A DNA stretch of 64,000 bases from Toensbergia leucococca (taxonomy: Eukaryota): positions 62,001 through 126,000 of the forward strand of contig JALDZS010000051.1 in NCBI GenBank assembly GCA_022813965.1. The letters run 5' to 3'. Positions within the stretch are counted from its first letter, which is position 1; each line of letters opens with the position of its first letter. The notes under the pieces were generated by a model. The model did not search any database. It saw nothing but the letters and a program-made list of their open reading frames with translations, and was not told where the DNA came from. Positions 1 through 12,300 of this stretch are shown piece after piece. The translations under genes were made by a program, and so were the position numbers.

Positions 1-1
1 C

Positions 2-967
2 GCACCCAACAGCATTACATACCAAGCCCCTGTGTATGATCCATTCTTCTACGCTACGCTAGAATCTCAGACACCCGACGCTAGCACCGACGATAAAACC
101 AATTTGTCATATTGGTCCTCCAATTATTTTGTCCATGCCATGGCTTGCACCGATCAACACCAATATTGCAATCCTGGCAACGGACAATGCACAGCTTTGA
201 CTGGTGCCGACATAGCAATCAAAGAATATACACAGCTAGGCATGTCTGCCAAGCAGGTAGTCACTGCGGGCCGGTTAGCTGGAAATCATATGTTCTACAA
301 CATGTACTTCAGTGTTAGCGGACGCGGCAGTAGTGCACTCCGAGCGACAGAGACAGTCTATGACCTCTCCCAAATGCCTCTTCCAGACACCCAGTGGATG
401 ATCGAGATAAATTCTTGGTTCGCCGTTGGAATGGCCAGACTGCAGCAACTGGTTGTCGAATTCGCAACCGGGCCGCACCTACAAGCGGGGGCGTACATTA
501 TGAAACCCGCCGACTCGACTGCAGAGCACATGTGCTACGCCCAGAAAGTGCGAAGCGGCGCAGGCATCTTGTCATTTTCGGTGCTGGGCGTGGCCATCAT
601 CTTAGTCCTCGGTGCCATACTCATCTTCATAAGCTTCACCCTCGACGTCGTAGTGGGCTTCATCCAAAGAAAAATGAACAAGGGCGATTACAAGCGAGTG
701 CAGTGGCAGGTGGACGAGAAACTCCAGATGCAGCGCTTGGCTTACGAGGAAGCGGGTATGGGCACGTGGACCGGTGGAGCCAGCGCGGTGCCGACTACGT
801 TGAAAGGCGATCGCTTTGGGGTGCCGGAGGAGGTCGATAAGGAGCATGTGAGGTTGGGAAATGGGCGTCATCGGAGGGAGGGGAGCGAGACTGGGGGGAG
901 TGCCGAGGCGCAGAGTTTGATGGGGACGGATAAGGATGCGTTTCGTGTGCAGACGGTGACTCTTTAG
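2..967 (+). CDS. 3' part of a fungal hypothetical membrane protein (5' end outside the window)
   Basis: Frame is open from base 2 (APNSITYQAPVYDPFF...) to TAG at 965-967. It has a Cys motif (CTDQHQYCNP), one hydrophobic segment (FSVLGVAIILVLGAILIFISFTL) and a WQVDEKLQMQRLAYE..G.GTW tail typical of a widespread uncharacterised fungal family. Confidence 0.75.
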   Translation, partial: APNSITYQAPVYDPFFYATLESQTPDASTDDKTNLSYWSSNYFVHAMACTDQHQYCNPGNGQCTALTGADIAIKEYTQLGMSAKQVVTAGRLAGNHMFYNMYFSVSGRGSSALRATETVYDLSQMPLPDTQWMIEINSWFAVGMARLQQLVVEFATGPHLQAGAYIMKPADSTAEHMCYAQKVRSGAGILSFSVLGVAIILVLGAILIFISFTLDVVVGFIQRKMNKGDYKRVQWQVDEKLQMQRLAYEEAGMGTWTGGASAVPTTLKGDRFGVPEEVDKEHVRLGNGRHRREGSETGGSAEAQSLMGTDKDAFRVQTVTL

Positions 968-1310
968 AGTTGGTTGGTAGAGCATATTGGGTATGGTATT
1001 GGTATCATGTGGGCCGGAGGGGGTTTTTTTTTGGAATTTATATTGTTGGGGGGCATTTGGGACAGGTTTTGAGGGTCTTGATGGTCTGATTTTTCTTTCT
1101 GTTGGGGGAAGCGCGACGGAGAGAGAACCTTTTTGGGCGTCTTTTGATGGAGTTTGCTTACTTGGGTTAGTTAAAAGAGAGAGAAGTGGTAGATTTGGCC
1201 CTTGTTTCTATCAGCAATTGAATGAGATCCACCTGTACGCGGTGCCGGCTACGAACCTGTTGTTACTGCTTGCAGTATTCAGCAGAGCCTAGAAATCTCC
1301 ACAAAGACTG

Positions 1311-1563
1311 GATCTATTTACGTGTAGATAGATCTACAAACGCGACATCGGAAGCCCATTGTACAATGGCCAGCATCCACCCCAAAGATCAGGTCTATCC
1401 ACGCGTGGATAGGTCTACAAAAAATATGACTTCGGAAGCCCATTGCACAGCATGAATGACCAGCCTCCACCCCCAACGATCAGGTCTATTCACGCGTGAA
1501 CAGATCTATCAAAAACATGACTTCAGAAGCTCATTGCACAGCATGAATGATCAGCATCCACTC
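1311..1563. repeat. Three degenerate tandem units (spacings 81 and 91 bp), each starting with a ~24-bp palindrome
   Basis: Palindromic cores at 1311-1334 (gatctatttacgtgtagatagatc), 1392-1415 (ggtctatccacgcgtggataggtc) and 1483-1506 (ggtctattcacgcgtgaacagatc). Each is followed by related ...gac(a/t)tc(g/a)gaagc(c/t)cattg...cagc(a/c)tccac sequence. Confidence 0.85.
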
Positions 1564-2055
1564 TATCAACATACACTGAATCTGAACGCTCAGCTTTCAA
1601 TGCGTCATGCCCGTGTCAACAGCTGTCAATAAGATCTAATAGAAGTTCATGAGTAAGGCAACTTCTCATCCTGAGTATCTACATCAATATTCATGACCTA
1701 TGATGAATCACACTGTCAAGGATTTTGAGTCAGCAGCAATGCAGGATTTCCTCATGCTCAATCATCTGAGTGTGTGCAGTCATAGATGGACTTTTAGCTG
1801 TATACCCCCTAGAGACTCGCAAGTTTTTCACCTGACATAAGGTTTTCTTGCACATATGTATCTTAGTTGTCATAGCCTTAAGACTGCATGCAGAAGTGAT
1901 GAAATAAAATAAAATAAAATATCAGCAATTGAAAAAGTGTGACTCAAGGCTTCTTTTTTTTTCTTTGCCTCTTTTGATGAAGAGATGTTGATTGATGTCT
2001 TCTTCTTGATCTCTTTCTTCTTCTTCTTCTTCTTCTTCTTCTTCTTCTTCTTCTT

Positions 2056-2086
<31 letters not shown>

Positions 2087-2960
2087 TACATCATAACTCA
2101 CCTCTCTGACCTCTCAAGAAAAAAAATGAGGGGGCCTTTGAGATCTTCACACCGCGGATTTTTGAAAATTAGATAGAGTACTGACTATTTATCTACGCTT
2201 TGATTTAAATGTTTTTATAAATTTTTTTATGAATGTTTTTGAGGAGTGTGCTTTTTCTAGCTTGATATGCGCAATGATTGTTTTTTTTGTATTTTTTGTT
2301 TTTATAAAAGCGCTGCTGAGTTTGTTGATTTGAGTTTGAGGTGTTGAAAGAGATCTGAGAGAGGGGAAGGGAGGTTTGATAAGGGTGTTCTTTTTCTCTT
2401 TTTTTTTAATAGAAAGTGTGTGATTTTTGTGAGATTTGAGAATGTTATAGAAAATGTTTAAGAGGTAAGATTATTAAGAAGAAGAGAGTTGATGTCATTT
2501 TTTTGTGAACAGAAATATAAGGTGATAGATTTCTGTAAAAGAGAGAGTTTTAATGAGAAGAGTTTGTGATGCTGAGATAGTTAAGGTGAGAGTTTATTGA
2601 AAGTGTTGTGAAGAAGTGAGATGTTAGATTTAATTTTTCTTTTTATGATTAAGGTTTGATGAGTGTGTTATTATCTATATTGAGTGTAAATTGTAAGATT
2701 TTGTAAGAGTTTTTTGTGAAGAAATGAATTTTTGATGTTTTTTTGTTTGCTGCTGTTTTGTGCAGTAGAAATCAATATATTCATCACTCTTATAAATGAT
2801 TGAGTGACTACTTGTGAGAAGTTTGCTGTTTTTTTCTTCTTCTTCTAAGCAATTCAGGCAGCTTTTTTTTTGAGGAGACTTTTTGATTACAGAGGATAAA
2901 GGAGACTGACTCACTGAGAACTAATTTTACTGACATGACTAGTATATGGGCAGAAAACAA
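1564..2960. mobile_element. AT-rich, hypermutated repeat/transposon relic
   Basis: No credible ORF. CpG is scarce, the + strand is C-poor from about 2200 to 2900, and composition changes abruptly at both ends. Family not identifiable. Confidence 0.45.
2015..2083. repeat. (TTC)23 microsatellite
   Basis: Perfect TTC run read directly; it explains the poly-K and poly-F ORFs. Confidence 0.95.
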
Positions 2961-3640
2961 TTAAGAAGCGAAGTCATTGAAGAGAAATAAAATCAGGGTG
3001 CATCAAAGAAAGACTTCTAGTGAGGGTGAGGATAGTCTGGGCAAGAGGCGTGAATAACATATCCATAGGCAGCTCAGGCGGAGCTTGACCTCAGCTCAAG
3101 TTGAACCATCTTCTGCTCACGTTAGATAAATAGGAGCGGAGATGAAAAGTTCTTCGCGAGATTATGTCATAAGGTTATTCAGAAGACAGCGTTTTCCCAT
3201 TGAGACCAGACCAGTGTTCAAGGGAATAGCAATTGACTGCGAAGCGAGAAGTTGAAATCGGCAGAGATGATCACGAATGACTGTACCAAATGCGGCGCCT
3301 GGAAAGCAGTCTTTGTCAAAGATAGCACGCTTCATCTGTTGAAGCCACAAATTTGGATTTCAAAACCCAATGGACGATTCTTTCGAGGTTGGGAAATTTA
3401 CAAAAGCTGCTTTGTCCTGTCCTCCAAATGCAGCCATTGAATTGGACTCCCACATTCGTCTCTAATCAGATGCTTTGTCCGACAAAGAAGGGGAGGGAAG
3501 CTCGACTTAGGGCTGTGACTATGTATAAAGTGAGGTGAAAATTGTTTTTCGTCTCAATGTCTATTGCGTTAGGGCTCATTCTATTTTGTTATCTTGCTTG
3601 TCAATCCTGACCGTCGGTTCAAGCGTATATATTTGCGATT

Positions 3641-4618
3641 ATGAGGGCCGACAAAGAAATCGTTGCCAAAGCTGCCATCATTCATGACTCTAAAGAAGGA
3701 AACAGGAGCTCGAAGCGACTGAGAGACGTCGTGAAGGTGAAGGCCGCGGAAACCGAGACCGTCTCGAAGGCTCCTAGTGGCCCCGTCACCAAGCGTGTAA
3801 GAAAAGCTGAATCCGGCATCTTGCCGAAAACTCCTACGAAACCTACGAAAACTAAGAAGCCTATTCTCAAATTGAATATCTCTCGCAAAGGCAAGGGACG
3901 CGCAAAAGTGGTCGGGAAAGGGGAGTATAATGACGAACTATCTCAATTCAAATGGGTCGATAATAAAGCAGTTGTCCACAACGGAGTGGTAGGTGATTCC
4001 TGGCTTCCATCTGCAAGGGCATATGGATCGGACTTCTGATACTTTTACCAACAGGAAATAGCGTCCACGCCTCCTGATTTGACGGATGTTCTGGGTCAGT
4101 GGAAGTGGGTCGCCCAACTCGGTGGCGACTTACCCGCAAAGGCTGGTGGGATCAGGTTCCGTCTTTTCGAAGGAGATGAACTCACGTGGGGAAATGTTGA
4201 CGGGACTTTCGTTTACGGAAACCAGCACGTCTTGACTTTCCGTGGGGCAGAACGCCGAGGGAATCGCGTGTTCATCTCGTTGACTGATAATGTCACAGAA
4301 GGATTGAAAGCTAAGCTTAGTTGGACGGTCCAGCCTGGTGGTAGAGGAAGTGGCGTTGGTAGACTGCTTTCCGTACGCTTCGTCGATCCAGTGAACAATA
4401 CGAACATGGACCTGATCGGTAAAAAGGCCTTCTCTTTGGCGTCTAAATCTTCAAGCCACTTTGGACGCGATGAACGACTAGCTGCGCAGGACCTATGGGA
4501 GTTTGGGGTCGGAACTAACATGGAGGCTGCCGACTGGAACGAATTTCTAATAACCAAGGGACGCCAGAAGGGGTGGTGGTCAAAGGAAGCCGCACGTCCA
4601 TATGAGTTTGAACCATGA
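3641..4618 (+). CDS. Hypothetical protein (~303 aa): basic Lys-rich N-terminus plus a beta-rich C-terminal domain; 2 exons
   Basis: Intron 3989-4054 (gtaggt...ctgat...aacag) joins ORFs 3641 and 4079 in frame (...HNGV|EIASTPPDLTDVLGQWKW...). A TATA-like tataaa lies near 3525. Confidence 0.7.
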
Positions 4619-4621
4619 TGG

Positions 4622-5574
4622 TCATTCCAAGAGTAGAGTTGTCAACTTTGCCTCAGCATGAAGCAGGCAACATTTAGAACTAGTCAGGTTAGCTGAGTCG
4701 GAGCAAAGATTATTGATCGAGGGACTCGAAGACGTTTCAGAGGTAGGTTGTCTGCAAGAGTCTTCTGTGCCTCTCTCAGTTCTTGACACCTGTAGTTGAA
4801 ACATTCAACGGTCTATGCACGCTTCAGATCCCATCAGACCGAGCCTTCATTCTGCGCTGCAGGCCTGAAACTTGTTCGCTAACCACTCTTTCATGATTAC
4901 GGAATTGTGGTGAAATTTCTTGGTATCCTCAAAATTGATAGGATAGGCTTTTGAAGTAATCGAGATGAATTCAGGCTGTCAAGCCTAGATTCTCTTTGTC
5001 CCCAGGGATAGTATTCCAAGCACTCTCTGGAATAGTGGAAGCCTTTTCGGAGAGCCATTTGCGCATATTATCAACGGAGAATCCGTATCTCTAAGCATAG
5101 CGAGCCCAATCAGCCCACGTCCCCAATTTGAGATCACCCTCGCCTTGGAGAATGAAGCTTGCGCCATTCCAGACTCCCACCAATTTTTTCACCGGATAAT
5201 GAGGCTCCAGCTTCCGTCTCAGCTCAGTCTCGTCCATCAAAGACTGAACACACTCGTCATCAGCATAAATGACTGCCCGCCAGTCCCTACCTGCTGAAAA
5301 GTATATGCGCCGTTGTAGACCTTGGAGGATTTGATCCTTCCCACTACTTGAGTATTGGCTTTGTAAATTGTTATGTCGAGATCAGCGTGAGCATACTAAT
5401 CATGTAGATGATATGCGGCTGATGCACCAGCAATGCCTGCGCCAATGACGGTAACTTTGGGGGCATGATTCACGGAGAGCCTGGTCATCGTTTGCAAAGC
5501 ACGATTAGAGCGACCTGCTCTTCAAACACAAGACCGAAAATTGAAATGAGACAAATGAAGGGATGAAGCAGCAT
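4622..5574 (-). pseudogene. Prenylcysteine oxidase/lyase-like FAD-dependent oxidoreductase pseudogene
   Basis: Minus strand reads KVTVIGAGIAGASAAYHLHD*YAHADLDITIYKANTQVVGRI (Rossmann GxGxxG), then a frameshift, then VGVWNGASF and WARYA*RYGFS. Premature TAG codons at 5396-5398 and 5091-5093. Hydrophobic leader from ATG 5574. 3' limit approximate. Confidence 0.75.
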
Positions 5575-6669
5575 TTGGGTGAGCAAGGATATTGTTGTGG
5601 CCAAGGATAACAACAGCCCTCCCAACACAGAGATACGGTAATTAATATTCTACGCGTCACCTTGGCCAATCTACCTAGGTACAGCTGCAACACCTTAGCA
5701 CCTTAGGCACTTGGTTTGTGCGTTTAGAATACCGCGACCCACATCCTAGAATATCTATTCCATGGTAAATTCGACAGTCTTCTACGCCAGTCGTGAATGC
5801 ATAACATGAATGCATAACATGAATGCATAATAAATGAGGCGCCGTCGAATCAGGTGTCGTTCCTGAACCACGCAATCCTCGAATTTGAGCAGTAATAGAC
5901 TAAGTCCCTGTTGATCATATGTGGAAATGGTGGGGAAATCTTGGAATCTACGTACCTTTATGCTCCTTTAATATCAATTCCGCGGAAACTGTAACCTACC
6001 CTATGAATTTTATGCTTCGGGACAATGCAATTTCCTTTGCGCCTACAGACTCCAATCACCAAGCACAGCCACAACCCTCATTTCACGAGTGATACATTAG
6101 AATATTGCCGCCTTGGAATATTCTATCAGTACCGTAGTTTGCCTCGGGGCCTCGGTATTCTAGCACTGCGGCAGGTGGAATGACATGAGCTCCTCTGGCC
6201 TGCGCTCTAGCACAATGTTCATCAAGTGGAGACATAGATCTAGATGATCTAAATGACTGCATGATAACCCCATGGGCAGCTGAGAAGTGAAAACCTCCAC
6301 TTCCAAAAACCTGCTGCTGGCCTAGTACCTAGCGTAATCGAGACGGCAGCGCCACCAGCACCCGACTGTTGCCAAACCATTGGCTTCCAGTGTGCCACCG
6401 TCTGGTCTTGGCGCATGTAGCCGTGCAGTAGTCGATTGTAATTTGATTTCCCGCTTCCACTAGGCGAAAGGGGAAATCGCGAATGAATTGCATCCCCCAA
6501 CAAGAGCCGCCGGCATGCTTCCCCTAAACTTGCACCTTCGTTTTGTTTCCTTTCTTCACCTTCACTTTCACCATCAGCACGACATCCAACCTCAACGCGT
6601 TCAATCTCGTCGTCTTTTCATTTCGTCTTTTAGATTGTACTCCTAACAGACAATATCCTCACATTCAAG

Positions 6670-7691
6670 ATGAAGAGCTTCGTAGTAGCCATTGCCTTCC
6701 TCGCTGGTCTAGCCATCGCCCAAGACCTTTCCGCGCTCAATAGTCTCCCAGCTTGCGGTGTATGTATTGCACCCCAATCTTTGTCGATAGCTACTAATTC
6801 TTCTCTAGAAAACATGTATTACCAACATGCTAGGTCAAGCAGCAACATTGGGATGCAGTTCCGAAACCAATATTACCTGCCTGTGTTCTAATGACAACTT
6901 CCGCTATGGTATACGCGATTGCGTCAATGAATCGTGCCCTCCCGGCGATGTGGGCACTGTCACTACCTTTGGAAATGGTATCTGTCAAGGTTGGTAATAC
7001 CCAATTACCTGTGAGCTCTTATTGAGCATCGCTAATTCTTGCTGCAGCGGCTCTTTCTTCCGGCGCATCCTCCACTGCAACTGTCACCTCAACTGCTTCA
7101 ACTGGTACCAGTACGGTTGTGGTCACTACTGGGACTGATGCATCTGGTAGCACATTTACCTCTACACTCACTGGTGCATCTGGCAATGCAAGTGTCGTTA
7201 CTACGACTGACTCTGCTGGTGCAACTACCACTTCTACAATCCTCGCTGGCGGCGCAAGTGGAGCAAACGCCACTTCTGTCGTCGGAGGGGGTGTCGGAAG
7301 TACAAATGGTACCACTGGAGTGAATGGTACCAGCGGCACAACTGGCACCAATGGCACCCTTGCTGGAGGTTCCGTCATCACCACAACCAACAGTGCTGGC
7401 CAAACTATTACTTCGACCATGAGTGGATCTTCGTCAGGCGTAAGTTCTCATCCAATCATACACCGAAGTATTTTACAAGCAATATGATACTAAGTAATAA
7501 AACAGTCCACTTCTAGCTCCTCATCTTCCACAGAATCTAGCAGCTCAAGTCCAACAACATCTAGCGGCTCCACCGGTGGAAGCTCGACCTCTGCATCCGC
7601 AGCTGCTTCCTCGTCCAAGGCTGCTGCCGCTCAATTCGCAGCTCCTGGTTTCGCTGGTTTCGCTGGTCTGGCGGCTCTTGCTTTCTTGTAG
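6670..7691 (+). CDS. GPI-anchored CFEM-domain cell-surface protein (4 exons)
   Basis: Signal peptide MKSFVVAIAFLAGLAIA. Eight-Cys CFEM pattern LPACG|KTCI...GC...TCLCS...GIRDC..ESC...IC. Ser/Thr/Gly stalk and hydrophobic C-terminus AAPGFAGFAGLAALAFL*. Introns 6760-6808, ~6990-7047 and ~7440-7505. Confidence 0.9.
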
Positions 7692-9376
7692 GATGGCACT
7701 CGATCTTTTCGCAACAAGCACTGGAATTGCATTAGAAGGATCGATGAACAGATCCACATCGAAGTTCAGGTGGTGGTGAAAAGGATTGATTCCCCTCACC
7801 TGAGTCACGTCGTTATGCGGTACAAATACCCCTCAGATCGTTAAGAAGTTGTAATCGCCGTGGTAGGAGGCAGAGGAGGTTCATCATTCCACAGTTGTAC
7901 ATTCATCACCGGGGAGTAACTCAAAATGTGTATTCACTCATCGTGGCTCTTTACGGACCACCACTAATACATCTTCTTCTTGCAAATATAAGAAGTGCAT
8001 GTTGGAATCACTAACCTTAACGTGAATTTACTTCATTGGTCTTGGCTAGGGTATCTCGACATGACGCCTTGTTCGTCAGCTATCCCAGTAGACCCTATTA
8101 TCATTTTAAGTCGCACTTCCCTTCTTCTGCAATCAAATTCTCAGGGGCCGTAAATTCAATCCCATTTACGGTCATTATTTCCTCCTTTTTTCAAAATCTT
8201 CGTCCTCGTCGCTCTCATCTCGAAATCCAACTTCCAATTCCCGACTCAACCTGCACTCCCTCTCCGCTTCCCCATCCCTGTCCGCATCCTCCCCAACTTC
8301 AAACCCCCTAAACCCTTCCTCTAATTCTTCATCCTCAAAAAGACTATCGATATCCCTTGAGTTAGATGCACTTGATCCATGAGCTCTGCGGGGAAGCAGC
8401 CGCTTGAGACGGTTGAATAAAGATGAGGTGGTCTCAAAGGAAGAACCGAGGGGAAGATAATGATGCTGACGTTGACGTCGACGGTGGTAGAGGGGGATGA
8501 GAAGGTTGCTTAGAAGAAGGTAAAGCGCTAGGGCTAGGAGGGGAGGAAGGATGATTGTCTGTCATTACACAGAGAGCGGGGTTGAATCAGCAGCGCGATG
8601 AAGATGGGGACTGAGAGAACACAAAAGGATCGGATGGGTGATGGGGGTACTGAGGAGAGAATTTTTCATACTTTAATTAGGCCGAAACCCGAAGAGCCCA
8701 TGAGATGATCACCTCGGAGTGGAGAGGGCGATGAGGTCAAGTAGGCAGGAGATGACTTGGTGGGGAGGTAAGGGAGAGAGCCAGGCGCTGGTAAATCCAC
8801 ACGGGTGTCAGTAAATGAGAGCAGATGATGCTAGGGTGAAAGACCTAAGTGGGTTGCGCACCTACGGAATTGGAGAGGATAAATGCGGAGGATTTAAGAG
8901 AACGACGTTGCTTCTGCTTGTGCTTTGTTGATTTGTGTTCTTTATGAAATGGCACTAGTCATACTGCCGCCGCTGATGGTGAGTACGGTGGTCGGAAGCG
9001 GAATTCCTATTCTAGGGGGTCTCGGTGCAGGTGAAACCAGGAACTTTTCTTTAGCCTTCACAGCATCTCTTTACTGGAAACCAGCACCTTGGTTGACTGA
9101 TGACGTTAATATTACCAAACTACCTGGGTCTCTTATCACTCTCCTCTTTGATCATTTAGTGATGCAAAGGTCTTTGTGGGCACTGCGACCGTGCCTGCCG
9201 CGTCCACCCTCCAAGATCGATTGAAGCGCCAGTCCCAATTTTTGCCGCCCGATAATTCTGATATCATATGAATTGACATCGTCTAGAAGTAGCTCAGGCG
9301 AGCGGCGTGGAAAAGGTTGCAAAAAAGCGGTCCTGTGAAGCTGGCATTGGGTGGTAAAGGACACCCAGGAGGAAAC

Positions 9377-12300
9377 ATGCCCTCCACAACTCCGCCCGTG
9401 GACAGCAAGTCAAGACAATCCTCGGGGGGAAGATCGTTTTTTGGACGGAAATTGTACAAGGAAAAAGTTCCAGAAAACAGAGGGAATGATGATGGCAACT
9501 CATCATTGGATATTTCTAGCGCTGCTAGCAGTATATCGGGTTCACGATCGTCGAGGCACGCGAATAGACAGTCGGTGGCTTCGATAGATACAGGTAATGC
9601 GCTCGACGTTTCAGGACTGGCAACAACGGCGGGAGTCATCGCTTCAATACCTTACGATAGCGTCTCCATGGATGGTAGAACTCCAATACCAGTAGACTAT
9701 CTCCCGCGAAGTGATCAAGTCCCACGACGCAAAGAGCCGCTACCACATCATTTGAACAAAGGAGGAGGAGACTTCCATCAGTATCCGGCATGGGAAGGTC
9801 AAACATTACCCCCGAATGGCGCACAATATCCTCCGGGTCCCACGGGTCCTAGGCCTCCGCCACATGCTTCCCAGCTCACACTTACATCACCATCTCGCGA
9901 CAGGAGTGTAATTTCTCAGCCATCTGGGCGCCCGGGAACGGCCTCAAGTGCCGTGAATGGGACTCATGGCGCCTTCATTTCCTATTCTACGACGGAAACG
10001 TCTACCAATCCCAGAAACTCGTTCGATCAATCCAGCGTCTTTTCATCTGGCTCCTCCGTGACACGAGGATCAATGTTCTCAATGGAACATCCATCACGAA
10101 CAGCTATACCTTCACAACATCAGGATAGCTCTAACCGGCCCAATACTTCGTCGCGCCAATCAAATCATCACTTCGCCTGGCAATCACAACAGCCATCGGG
10201 CTTCAACTCAACCACATCCTTTGCTCCAGAAGGATTCACTCTCCCTCGGCCTTCAGATGAAAGGGTCATTGAAGAACAGTTTGAAGCCCTTATGTACAAA
10301 CGCGGCTGGCAACACCTTCCTGAACAAGCAAGGCGACAGATGCAGGCCTACCCAGCTTCTAAAAAGTGGACTCTAATACATCAAGATAAGCTGACCGAAT
10401 GGCAAGGGGAGCAGAAAAGAAGAACGCATGCGAGACAGACTATGGCAAGCAGTGATGGTTCCCCCGCCATGCTCGCTAGGGCGGATGAAGAGGGTAGTCC
10501 GGAGTGGTATGTCAAGAAGGTCATGAATGACAGCATCGATATGCAGCAGCTGGGAAGTTTGATTGTCATCTTGAGGACGCAGCCAGTCAAGTAGGTTTTT
10601 TTTATATTGATTCACTCGCTGCGTCGCCTTCACTTTTGCGGGGTTTTCATAACCTGACAAAATTGCACCATCGTCTTCGCTGTAATCGTTTTTCCAGAGT
10701 CATATCTACCATGTTGCGCGAGCGAGATGGATTCATTACGTCCGAAACGATGGAAGAAGTGCCGATCCTCTCTGCGTTCTTCCATTTCCACTTTAACACC
10801 AATGTGACGTCTTGTTCGGCCCAATTTAAATGCATTGCTGACAGTAGGCAGCTGGGTGAAATCTTTCGTCGAGGCACAAGGCCAATTAGCTTTGACCAAT
10901 GTACTCGCAAAAATAAACCGACGACAAGGCCAGGGTCCTGCTCCTGCCACGGGCTCCACAAAGGAAAAAGACCTCGAACGTGAGTACGAGATCATCAAAT
11001 GTCTCAAGTCGATAGTGAACAGCAAGTATGGGGTCGACGATGCGCTCAACCACCAGCAGGTCCTGATCGCGTTAGTGACTTCCTTGACCTCAGCACGCTT
11101 GCAGACAAGGAAGATTGTGAGCGAAGTGTTAACATTTGTATCTCATTGGAAGGAGAAGGAGGGGCATCTTAAGGTGCTTCAGGCCATGGACCATGTCAAG
11201 AACCAGCAAGGCGAGAACGGACGCTTCGACGCTTGGATGCGATCAGTTGAACTATCCCTTGATGGTCGAGGGAAGATGGGTAGCTTGGTCGGAGCCAGCG
11301 ACGAGGTTCGGAGTGGAGGGATTGGTATGGAGAACCTCTTGATGGAGTTCGGTCTTGCTACGATGTTCCTAGTAAACATGATCGTCGATGGTCCAGAGCG
11401 TGACCTACAGCTACGATGCCATCTTAGGGCACAGCTCACTTCATGTGGTATTGACAGGCTGTTGAAAAAGATGGAGGCTTTCCAGTACGATGCCATTGAC
11501 AAGCAGGTTGAGAAATACCGGGAAAGCGCAATCGTTGACTATGAAGACTTCATTCAGCACGAGAATAGCAGCATCAAAGATAGTATTGATGGGGAAGTGA
11601 AAGACATGAACGATCCGGCCGTGATTTTGGATGCAATAATGTCAAAAGTGCAAGGGAGCCGATCTCAAGATTACTTTGTCTCTGTCATGCAGCACATGCT
11701 TCTGATGCGCGAAAATGATGGTGAAGACAGTCTCCGTATGTTCCAATTGGTCGAGGCTATGCTCAGCTATGTTGCCATGGATCGAAGACTTCCAGATATG
11801 GATCTTAAAAAGAGTCTCACCTTCTCCGTCCAAAGTCTGCTGGATAGGCTTCATACGGACTCCGAAGCACGCCAAGCCCTTGACCAAAGTATGGAGGCAA
11901 GGCAGATTGCTGAGTCTGCTATGGCTGAGAGAGATGAAATGAGATCACGGATTGAAATGGGCGCCAATGGTCTAATAGCAAAGATGCAGAAGCAATTGGA
12001 TGAGCAAGCTGCCATCATCGATCTTCAGGGGCGCCAGAATGAGGCGCTGAAGGCCGAACTTGCAGATTTGCAACGAATCCGTGCGCAAGAGCTCGAACGG
12101 AATGAGCTCGAGACACGAGAGCTATATCTGATGCTCCGTGATGCGCAAGACGTTGCTGCTTCTGTCGCTAAGAAAGGAAGAAAAGAAGCTGTTACCTCGT
12201 TAGACTCTAAACAAACACAAGGTATACTAGATCGTGAAAGACTCATGAATCGGTTGGAAATTCAACTCGAACGCGCCAAGACACAGTGCAAATTAGAGGG

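Noticed and set aside
1311..1563. CRISPR array
   Set aside because: Eukaryotic context, no cas genes, and the spacers are homologous to one another, so it is a tandem repeat.
1870..2176. Poly-Lys and poly-Phe ORFs
   Set aside because: Artefacts of the (TTC)n microsatellite.
5794..5830. 13-bp tandem repeat tgaatgcataaca (about 3 copies)
   Set aside because: Ordinary minisatellite with no supporting functional evidence.
10591..10851. Alternative exon or ncRNA in the long (261-nt) formin intron, including ORF 10636-10983
   Set aside because: The internal acceptor near 10697 leads out of frame, and I could not support snoRNA boxes or a structure.
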